Source: Campylobacterales bacterium (lineage in GTDB: Bacteria; Campylobacterota; Campylobacteria; Campylobacterales; QNZT01). Taken from it: a DNA stretch of 47,230 nt. A program made the position numbers and the translations under genes. The stretch lies in contig JALWLO010000074.1 in NCBI GenBank assembly GCA_027084135.1, positions 1 through 47,230 on the forward strand, given 5' to 3'. Positions within the stretch are counted from its first letter, which is position 1. Every line of letters starts with the position of its first letter. This document shows positions 40,225-47,230 of this stretch, one piece after another. Under the pieces are notes generated by a model. That model made no database searches, was not told the origin of the DNA, and saw only the letters and a list, made by a program, of their open reading frames with translations.

Positions 40225-41439
40225 ATGCCAATCGACATCTATGATGCTCTCCAAAAAATTGATGAGATCTCCTTAACCCCTCCATCCATCCTCGTTCCGA
40301 TAGAAGAGAGTATCACAAAAGTTGCCGCAGAGGATCTCACAGCGACACTCCCTTTGCCAAACTTTGATAACTCCGCTATGGACGGCTACGGGATAAGAGG
40401 ATCATCTAAAAGCTACAAAATTAGAGAAACCATACTTGCAGGTCAAGAGAAAGATCTTGTACTAAGTGACGGCGAGTGTGTCGCGATCATGACAGGTGCA
40501 AGGGTACCAAAGAGTGTAGAGCGTATCATCCCAAAAGAGATGACAAGTAAAAAAAGCGATAGCATTAGCATCGATCAATTGCTTCCTTTAGGTGCAAATA
40601 TCAGAAAGAAGGGTGAAGATATCGATATCGGTGAGAGTATCATCAAAAAGGGCGAAATCGTCAACTCCTCTCATATCGCGCTACTGGCTTCTCAAGGTAT
40701 CACCCATATCAAAGTCTACGCCACTCCTAGAGTCGCTATCTTCTCTTCAGGAGATGAGCTAAAGATGCACTATGAGAAGCTTGAGGGAGAGGCGGATCTC
40801 TATAACTCCAATACCCCCTACTTGGTAGCTAGGGCAAATGAACTTGGAGCTCAAGCCTTTTTTCTCGGTAGAGCGGATGACAACCTAGACTCTCTCAAAT
40901 CCAAAATCAAAGAGGCGCTAAGTTATGACCTTATCATCACAAGCGGCGGAGTGAGTGTGGGTGAAGCGGACTTCATGAAAGAGGCGTTTAAAGAGATGGG
41001 CTTGGAGAGCTTCTTTGATAAAGTAGCTATAAAACCGGGTAAACCGACCCACTTTGGACGCATAGGCGCTACCCTAGTACTAAATCTGCCGGGCAACCCT
41101 TTAGCAAGCGCGATGAACTTTGAGATCTTCGGTAAATTTATCATCAACAAACTCAGAGGCTTATCGGCACCTTACCACTCCTATATCCTCACCAAAAGTG
41201 CCTCTAATATCATCTCCAAAAAACCGGTCGATAGCGTGATAGGGGGATATTTTGACGGTAAGAGCTTCATGCTTCCGGCTAAAAAGGTCTTTCCGGGAAG
41301 TGTCAATGCACTCAATCACTGCAACTGCATCATTGTAATCGATAAAAGTACCGATGAGATAGATGTTGGTGAAGAGCTAAAGATATTACCTATAAGATGG
41401 GGATTTTTCAGTAAGCACTTTGTGGAGTTTAAGTCTTAG
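40225..41439 (+). CDS. moeA: molybdopterin molybdenumtransferase
   Basis: NSAMDGYG, IMTGA, SGGVSVG, IKPGKP, LPGNP. Confidence 0.95.
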   Translation: MPIDIYDALQKIDEISLTPPSILVPIEESITKVAAEDLTATLPLPNFDNSAMDGYGIRGSSKSYKIRETILAGQEKDLVLSDGECVAIMTGARVPKSVERIIPKEMTSKKSDSISIDQLLPLGANIRKKGEDIDIGESIIKKGEIVNSSHIALLASQGITHIKVYATPRVAIFSSGDELKMHYEKLEGEADLYNSNTPYLVARANELGAQAFFLGRADDNLDSLKSKIKEALSYDLIITSGGVSVGEADFMKEAFKEMGLESFFDKVAIKPGKPTHFGRIGATLVLNLPGNPLASAMNFEIFGKFIINKLRGLSAPYHSYILTKSASNIISKKPVDSVIGGYFDGKSFMLPAKKVFPGSVNALNHCNCIIVIDKSTDEIDVGEELKILPIRWGFFSKHFVEFKS

Positions 41440-41443
41440 TAAC

Positions 41444-41700
41444 TCATCCATAATGGTAACGACACTGCGCTATCAGTATAGCATCCTCAGTCACTTTATA
41501 GACCAATCGATGTTCTATCGTAATGCGTCTTGACCAATAGCCTGACCAGTTATATTTTAAGGTTCTGGCTCTCCGATTCCTTCAAAAGGGTTTCGCTCTA
41601 TCTCTTTGATAAGACGATTGATCTTTTTTAAAATCTTTTTGTCGTGTTTCTGCCAATAGAGATAGTCCTCCCAAGCTTCATCTGCAAAACTTTGTATCAT
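41444..41700 (-). pseudogene. yoeB: YoeB/Txe toxin with a 1-bp deletion frameshift near 41560
   Basis: MIQSFADEAWEDYLYWQ...GIGEPEP*, continuing in a shifted frame as LKYNWSGYWSRRITIEHRLVY...QCRYHYG*. Confidence 0.9.
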
Positions 41701-41951
41701 TCCTCAATCAACTCTCGCTCTTTCCCTTTTCCGGCTTCAAGCTGTTTGATTGCATCATTTAATCTTTTTGCATTGACTTCGCTCTGCATAAGATAGATCG
41801 TCTCCTCCATCGCTTTAAAATCACGCATAGAGATAATGACTACGGACTCCTTGTTCTGACGCGTTACAACGATTGGAGTAGAGTCTACTACAACTTTATC
41901 AAAAGTTGAAGCCAGATTTTGACGAGTTTGTGAAAAGTTGATAGTTTTCAT
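41697..41951 (-). CDS. yefM: YefM/Phd antitoxin
   Basis: MKTINFSQTRQNLA...VTRQNKESVVIIS...EETIYLM; ATGA overlap with the toxin. Confidence 0.92.
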   Translation of the reverse strand: MKTINFSQTRQNLASTFDKVVVDSTPIVVTRQNKESVVIISMRDFKAMEETIYLMQSEVNAKRLNDAIKQLEAGKGKERELIEE

Positions 41952-41962
41952 AAAACCCCTTC

Positions 41963-41990
41963 TATACAAATATGTACAAATCATAGTACA
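41963..41990. promoter_or_regulatory. YefM-type operator
   Basis: TGTACA (41973) and AGTACA (41985) 12 bp apart, plus TATACA (41963); TGTACA is the known yefM-yoeB operator core. Confidence 0.6.
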
Positions 41991-42071
41991 CATTTACCGA
42001 AATCTTGCTAAAAGCGTATCTGTCAAAAAGAAGTTTTTTAGGGGGATCCTTGAGTTTGTAAGTTGGAAATA

Positions 42072-42090
42072 GATAGGGGGAAACCCTATC
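42072..42090 (-). terminator. hairpin after the cytochrome c gene
   Basis: GATAGGG-GGAAA-CCCTATC. Confidence 0.55.
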
Positions 42091-42096
42091 GTTAGA

Positions 42097-42816
42097 CTAT
42101 TTTAAAGTAGAGATATATGCAGCTAAAGCTTTGATATCATCATCGCTAAGACCTGCCGCTTGACCTTTCATCACACCTTTCATAGCTCCGCCGTAAGTTC
42201 CGGCTTTGTAACCTTTGAGAGCCTCTTCAACTTTAACGGCATCCCATCCAGCGATCACTTGAGAAGCACCAAGCGCTTTCTTCTCCGCTTTCGCACCGTG
42301 GCATCCTGCACACTTTGTATATAGTTTAGCACCGGCTTCAGCAGCACCACCACTTGCAGCCTCAGTAGCGGCAGCAGCAGCACCGGCAGCAGCTTCCTTA
42401 GCACCTTCTGTGGCTTGTTCAGTAGTCTCTTTCGCAGCCTCCGCAGCTTTTTCAGCACCCTCTTTTGCGGCTTCTGTTGCACTGCTTGCAGCCTCTTTTG
42501 CTTTCTCTACAGCACCGCTTGCAGCCTCTTTCGCAGCTTCAGTTGCGGCACCCGCAGCCTCTTTCGCGCTCTCAACTGTTTTGCTAGCAGCCTCTTTTAC
42601 CGCCTCTTTCGCAGCTTCAGCTACATTTCCACCACTCTTTACAGCCTCTGCCGCACCTGCAGCAGCCTCTTTTGCATGATCAGCCGCTTTACTTGCTACT
42701 TCACTCGCAGCCTCTTTTGCTTTATCCATCGCTCCACTTGCGCTCTCTTTTAGCGTGTCACCACAACCAACTAAAAGTGACGCAACAACTAATGAATACA
42801 AAAAAGTTTTCTTCAT
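42097..42816 (-). CDS. lipid-anchored cytochrome c553-like protein with an Ala/Glu/Lys-repeat linker
   Basis: Lipobox LVGC; many AKEAA units; CAGCH heme motif; Met-rich MKGVMKG region. Confidence 0.92.
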   Translation of the reverse strand: MKKTFLYSLVVASLLVGCGDTLKESASGAMDKAKEAASEVASKAADHAKEAAAGAAEAVKSGGNVAEAAKEAVKEAASKTVESAKEAAGAATEAAKEAASGAVEKAKEAASSATEAAKEGAEKAAEAAKETTEQATEGAKEAAAGAAAAATEAASGGAAEAGAKLYTKCAGCHGAKAEKKALGASQVIAGWDAVKVEEALKGYKAGTYGGAMKGVMKGQAAGLSDDDIKALAAYISTLK

Positions 42817-42951
42817 TCTTTTTCTCCCAAAATAAATTTTACTCTGCTATTTTACAGCTATATAATTAAAATAAACTTTTTAATAATAGTAGTTTAAGTT
42901 TAACAAACTCAGTTAAGCCCAAGAAATGATCGTTTCATCCAAATTGTGAAT

Positions 42952-43533
42952 TTAACTAGGTTTGGGGTTGACAAAAATCTCATTATTTAACAGTTTATCC
43001 CACATTTTTGGATCGCTCCACTCATTTTTGACCTCATCCGAAAACTCTATAGCACTTAGATCGATCTTCCCCATCAACTTGCTATAGGCATCCTCCCTAA
43101 AGGCTTGTGCATAGCCCGTATCTGTCTCATGTACGATGACACTATGCACCTTGACATCTTTTTCACCATTTTGCATCTTGGTTTGAGCCAATACTCTATC
43201 GACCATCAAAAATATTACCCTTGTAAACTGTTCCGCTGAGGGCGAAACAGGCAGAGAGACCCACCTTAGAGAGTGTTTTTTGATAAATTCGATATAGACT
43301 TTATCATCTTCACTCCAAAAGGCGGTCGCATGGTCAAACGAGTCTATCAACTCCTTGATCATCAACTTTGTCAATCCAAAATCATAAACCATCTGCCCCT
43401 TATCAAGATAGTTGGATTCAAAAAGCACCTCTATCTTATAGGAGTGCCCGTGCAGTGAATATTTGCAACGCCTACTAGTACAGTTCCTCACGATATGGGC
43501 ATTTTCAAACTTAAATAATTTTCTGATGATCAT
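42952..43533 (-). CDS. queD: 6-carboxytetrahydropterin synthase (long form)
   Basis: FENAH, LHGHSY, FDH, PSAE, ETDT; adjacent to queE. Confidence 0.88.
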   Translation of the reverse strand: MIIRKLFKFENAHIVRNCTSRRCKYSLHGHSYKIEVLFESNYLDKGQMVYDFGLTKLMIKELIDSFDHATAFWSEDDKVYIEFIKKHSLRWVSLPVSPSAEQFTRVIFLMVDRVLAQTKMQNGEKDVKVHSVIVHETDTGYAQAFREDAYSKLMGKIDLSAIEFSDEVKNEWSDPKMWDKLLNNEIFVNPKPS

Positions 43534-44261
43534 CTCCCCTCCTCATTATCCCAAAGTCTTATATGCAGTCTATCACAAAAAAGATAACCGTTTTTTATAC
43601 AGATTTTTGCCGTGGCTCTATCATGTTTACAAAGTTCACGGCTTGTAGCACCCATCGGCATACAGTACACCGGTATATTTGGCGCCAGTGAGGCGATCTC
43701 TCTTATCTCCTCTTCATCACTCCTTTTTGAGACTACAAACTTAAAAAATGACCTCTTAGTACTAAGAGCGATAGAGGCTATCGCTTTGGGATTTACCCTT
43801 TTTGCGTAAGTTTCACCGCTATTGTTGAGCTTCACACTCATCGAAAAGACCACTTCCCTATAAATGGGAAAGCGCTCAAAATCTATCTCTATCGTGGCAT
43901 TGGTCTCGATGGTGATAGTAAAGCCTCTCTCTATATAGTGAGCGAGTGCATCCAACAAGATAGGATTTTGGTAGTGGATAAGGGGTTCACCACCGGTTAT
44001 GACGATATGCGGCTTAAACGCTAAGTTCTCCAAATAGTTCTCGATAGTGGGAATCAAACTCTCGACCCTCTCCCATCTATCCCCAAACTTCTCCTCATCG
44101 ACCGCTCTGACTGAATCACAGCCGATAGCTCCTTCATATCTGACCCCAAAGCCTTTGCAATTAAGATTGCATCCGCCGAGTCTGACAAAGATAGAGGGTG
44201 TACCGGCAAATCTTCCCTCTCCCTGAAAAGAGTAGAAGCTCTCAACAAGCGGCAGACTCAT
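43530..44261 (-). CDS. queE: 7-carboxy-7-deazaguanine synthase
   Basis: SFQGEG, CNLNC...CDS, ITGGEP, IETN, RLH. Confidence 0.92.
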   Translation of the reverse strand: MSLPLVESFYSFQGEGRFAGTPSIFVRLGGCNLNCKGFGVRYEGAIGCDSVRAVDEEKFGDRWERVESLIPTIENYLENLAFKPHIVITGGEPLIHYQNPILLDALAHYIERGFTITIETNATIEIDFERFPIYREVVFSMSVKLNNSGETYAKRVNPKAIASIALSTKRSFFKFVVSKRSDEEEIREIASLAPNIPVYCMPMGATSRELCKHDRATAKICIKNGYLFCDRLHIRLWDNEEGR

Positions 44262-45223
44262 CCACCCGTCTCATAAAATGCTCGATTGGAGCTCTCACTC
44301 TCATCTTCGCTCCATCTATTTTTCTCAGGCTTATTTCGTAACACCTCCCTGAGTACTTCAACGGCTCCCTCGATATCCCCCTTTTGCACCGCATCCTTAA
44401 TACTCATCGCCTCATCAAAGTAGAGACATGGGATCAGATAGCCCTCGGCAGTGAGCCTTATACGGTTACAGCTCTCGCAAAAGTCATGCTTATGCGGATC
44501 GATCAGTCCAAACTTATACCCATCTTCGAGCAGATAGCTAAAACTTGGGCTACTCCCCTCGCGACCTAACTTTTTGATAGTATATCTCTCTTTGATCTTC
44601 TCAAGGATCTCTTTGCCAAGCAATCCCCTAATCGTACTGTTTGCCATATTATTTTCCATATACTCGATAAATCGTATCTCGATACCTCGCTCTTTGGCAA
44701 ACTCAAGCACATCGAGGATATCATCTTCGTTGATCCCTTTTAGCGGAACCATATTGATCTTTATCCCTAGCCCTACACTCCTAGCCGCCTCTATCCCCTC
44801 CAACACATCAGATAGCACATCTTTTTGGGCAATCTGCTTAGCGGTTTCGGGATTGAGGGTATCAAGTGAGATATTTAAGCGTTTTAGCCCCGCATCTTTA
44901 AGTTTTTTTGCAACATGTTTCAAAAGGTAACCGTTTGTGGTGAGTGCAAGGTCTATATCGCTACGATGATTGTAGATCATCGCGATAAATCTATCCAGAT
45001 CTTCTCTAAGCAATGGCTCTCCGCCGGTAATCCTCACCTTTCTTATCCCCTCATCAATCGCCGCTTTGATAAACAAAAAAAGCTCTTCAAACTTCAGCAG
45101 ATTTTCCCTCGGAGTCCAAGAAAAGGGCTTATCCGGCATACAATACTGGCATCTAAAGTTACACCTCTCCGTCACTGAAACCCTTAGATAGTCTACCTTT
45201 CTTCCATGTCCGTCTATTAACAT
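44258..45223 (-). CDS. moaA: GTP 3',8-cyclase
   Basis: [16 protein letters not shown]...C, C-terminal GG. Confidence 0.97.
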   Translation of the reverse strand: MLIDGHGRKVDYLRVSVTERCNFRCQYCMPDKPFSWTPRENLLKFEELFLFIKAAIDEGIRKVRITGGEPLLREDLDRFIAMIYNHRSDIDLALTTNGYLLKHVAKKLKDAGLKRLNISLDTLNPETAKQIAQKDVLSDVLEGIEAARSVGLGIKINMVPLKGINEDDILDVLEFAKERGIEIRFIEYMENNMANSTIRGLLGKEILEKIKERYTIKKLGREGSSPSFSYLLEDGYKFGLIDPHKHDFCESCNRIRLTAEGYLIPCLYFDEAMSIKDAVQKGDIEGAVEVLREVLRNKPEKNRWSEDESESSNRAFYETGG

Positions 45224-45296
45224 TTTAAACCTATTAAAACAATTTTTTCATCTGTCGATATTATATCCAAGAAATTAAAAATAAAGGAGAGTTGTT

Positions 45297-45806
45297 ATGA
45301 GTGTGCCGATGCCGACCCCACATGAACGGGTTATGAGAGAAGAGGACTTTATCGTATCTAAAACTGATACAAAAGGTAGGATAACCTATTGTAATAAGAT
45401 ATTTATGGAGATGGCTGCGATGAGTGAGGATCAGCTTCTAGGTAAACCGCACAATATCGTTCGCCACCCAGATATGCCTAGGGTAGTCTTTAAGCTACTT
45501 TGGGAGTATGTGCAAAGCGGTAAGGAGATCTTTGCCTATGTGAAAAATCTATCAGCTGACGGAGCCTACTACTGGGTCTATGCCAATGTAACACCCTCCT
45601 ATGACAATAACGGCAACATCATAGGCTACTACTCGGTGAGGATCAAACCGAAAGATTCGGCACTTCAGGTGATCAAGCCGCTCTATGAAAAGCTGCTGGA
45701 GATAGAGAGGGGTTCAGGTATGGAGGCATCTTATAAAGAGTTGATGAGTATATTAGAGAGTAAAGGAGTAACCTATGATGAGTTTATTATCAGTATCCAA
45801 AAGTAG
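45297..45806 (+). CDS. stand-alone Aer-type PAS protein (CetB-like)
   Basis: [38 protein letters not shown]. Confidence 0.9.
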   Translation: MSVPMPTPHERVMREEDFIVSKTDTKGRITYCNKIFMEMAAMSEDQLLGKPHNIVRHPDMPRVVFKLLWEYVQSGKEIFAYVKNLSADGAYYWVYANVTPSYDNNGNIIGYYSVRIKPKDSALQVIKPLYEKLLEIERGSGMEASYKELMSILESKGVTYDEFIISIQK

Positions 45807-47052
45807 TGCTAAAAGTGACTTAGTTAAAAAGATAGATGAGGTTGTGGCATGTGCGGCAAAAGGGGAGTTAGAACCAAGGATAACCGGAATAAACCCAAAT
45901 GATCCGCTAGCACCTATAGCATGGAATATCAATAATATGCTCGATCAAGTTGAGGCTGTTATGCGTGGTTCAGCTACAGCAATAGAAAAAGCGAGTCAAG
46001 GGGACAATAGTAGAACAGTATTTTGTAGCGGCTTGAAGGGAGGTTTTAGACAAAATTGTCAGAGTGTCGCAAAGGCTGTACACACTATGCAAGAGGGACA
46101 TGAAGCACAACTAAAATCCCAACTTGCTCTTGAGTTTGAAAAGATAAGCGGAGGAATTAAAAAATCGATATCGACACTACAACATGATCTAGAAAGTGCG
46201 ATAGAGAGCATCAATGAAGTCGCCGACCTCTCTAAAGATACGGCAGATAAGTCAAACGAGTCACTTAGTACTACGATGGAACTTAGTGAAAAACTAAATC
46301 ATCTCATTGAACTCATCAACAATGTCACCCTCTCTATCTCGTCGCTTACCGAGAGAACAAGTGAGATCAGTCAAGTGGTAAATCTCATCAAAGATATCGC
46401 CGATCAAACCAATCTCCTCGCACTAAATGCAGCTATCGAGGCGGCAAGAGCGGGTGAACACGGCAGAGGATTTGCAGTCGTTGCCGATGAAGTGAGAAAA
46501 CTTGCCGAGAGAACACAAAAAGCAACCAGTGAGATATCTATCACGATCCAAACGCTTCAACAAGAGACAAACCAGATCCAAAGTGATGCAAGTGAGGTAA
46601 ATGAGATCGCCACCACTTCCGGTGAGACGGTTGAGCATTTTGCTTCAGTACTTCAAGAGTTTAATAAAAATACAAATGAGGCATCGGAGCTTGCTCAAAA
46701 AACAAAACTCAAAAACTTTTTAACACTGGTCAAAGCTGATCATATCGTCTTTAAGGCAAACGCTTACAATGCAATCCTACATGATACCGGAAATAAAACC
46801 CCTAGACTTAGTGAAAAAGAGTGTAGATTTGGTAAGTGGTATAACGGTGAGGGAAGAGATGTCTTTGGCAACACAAAAGTGTTTAAAGATATCGAAGCCC
46901 CACATAGAGAAGTACACCAATATGCAAACCAAAACATAGAGATAACCGACCAAGAGCTCAAACCTGAAATGGTACCGCAACTTAGAGAGAACTTTGAAAA
47001 GATGGAAAAAGCTAGTGAAAAACTCTTTGATATACTTAATGATCTTGTTTAA
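45775..47052 (+). CDS. soluble chemoreceptor: HAMP-like plus MCP signalling plus CZB domain
   Basis: MCP tip motif; [21 protein letters not shown]; no TM helix visible. Confidence 0.9.
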   Translation: MMSLLSVSKSSAKSDLVKKIDEVVACAAKGELEPRITGINPNDPLAPIAWNINNMLDQVEAVMRGSATAIEKASQGDNSRTVFCSGLKGGFRQNCQSVAKAVHTMQEGHEAQLKSQLALEFEKISGGIKKSISTLQHDLESAIESINEVADLSKDTADKSNESLSTTMELSEKLNHLIELINNVTLSISSLTERTSEISQVVNLIKDIADQTNLLALNAAIEAARAGEHGRGFAVVADEVRKLAERTQKATSEISITIQTLQQETNQIQSDASEVNEIATTSGETVEHFASVLQEFNKNTNEASELAQKTKLKNFLTLVKADHIVFKANAYNAILHDTGNKTPRLSEKECRFGKWYNGEGRDVFGNTKVFKDIEAPHREVHQYANQNIEITDQELKPEMVPQLRENFEKMEKASEKLFDILNDLV

Positions 47053-47074
47053 TCGGAGTAGCCTCTACTCCGAT
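47052..47074. terminator. 10-bp perfect hairpin after the MCP gene
   Basis: ATCGGAGTAG-CCT-CTACTCCGAT; no clear U-tract. Confidence 0.5.
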
Positions 47075-47103
47075 AGATCTACCGATAACTTACTTTCGAT
47101 CCA

Positions 47104-47132
47104 TTGACAAAAAAATAGATCTAATGTATAAT
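47104..47132 (+). promoter_or_regulatory. consensus sigma70 promoter firing out of the window
   Basis: TTGACA-17 bp-TATAAT. Confidence 0.65.
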
Positions 47133-47230
47133 TTATGATGTATAAAGTAAAAGCCGTTTTATAAAGAATAACTGAAACGGCAGAAAAAAAGATAAAAATA
47201 TATAGGTAGTGTGTTTGATCCTTGAAGTGC

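Larger units (their letters stand above)
676..46273. repeat. dispersed, highly iterated palindrome TAGTACTA (at least 29 copies)
   Basis: Copies start at 676, 3590, 4663, 5087, 6682, 8736, 10394, 12596, 13547, 16205, 16715, 17036, 18513, 20608, 24618, 24635, 27042, 28738, 29275, 29910, 32088, 35868, 36226, 36274, 38733, 38757, 41075, 43757, 46266. Confidence 0.9.

Noticed and set aside
42255-42869. Several overlapping ORFs across the cytochrome c gene
   Set aside because: Shadow ORFs produced by the Ala/Glu/Lys low-complexity repeat
676-46273. CRISPR array or IS ends as the source of the TAGTACTA repeats
   Set aside because: Only 8-10 bp, irregularly spaced, mostly in frame within core genes; no cas or transposase genes in the window
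1-47230. Frequent ATCGAT, GATATC and GATC words as a second iterated motif
   Set aside because: Plausibly explained by ATC/GAT codon preference (Ile-Asp, Asp-Ile); not counted and no constrained flanks noticed

Overview
Gene-dense, AT-rich chromosomal segment from a Campylobacterota (epsilonproteobacterial) bacterium; taxonomy is inferred from gene content, gene order and TGnTATAAT promoters. Core genes: purF, dapB, trxB, trxA, moaC, tpx, tsaD, aroC-rnc-rnhA, ilvD, dnaG, moeA, queD, queE, moaA, five tRNAs, two chemoreceptors plus a PAS sensor, and many lipoproteins and outer-membrane proteins. Of three type II toxin-antitoxin modules, two have the toxin-type gene broken by a single lesion. 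No integrase, transposase, prophage or CRISPR array was seen. Most notable signals: (1) the palindrome TAGTACTA, nearly always extended to TTAGTACTA/TAGTACTAA, occurs at least 29 times in core genes and intergenic DNA, like cyanobacterial HIP1 or a DNA-uptake sequence; (2) a 19-bp operator TAAGATAAA-N-TTTATCTTA abuts the -10 box of three promoters driving tpx, an 82-aa Cys-rich protein and an unannotated ~94-nt sRNA candidate; (3) a 510-aa lipoprotein has no lysine in its last 452 residues; (4) long intergenic palindromic elements show covariation and C-GNA-G mini-hairpins. All calls were made by eye, with no database searches.
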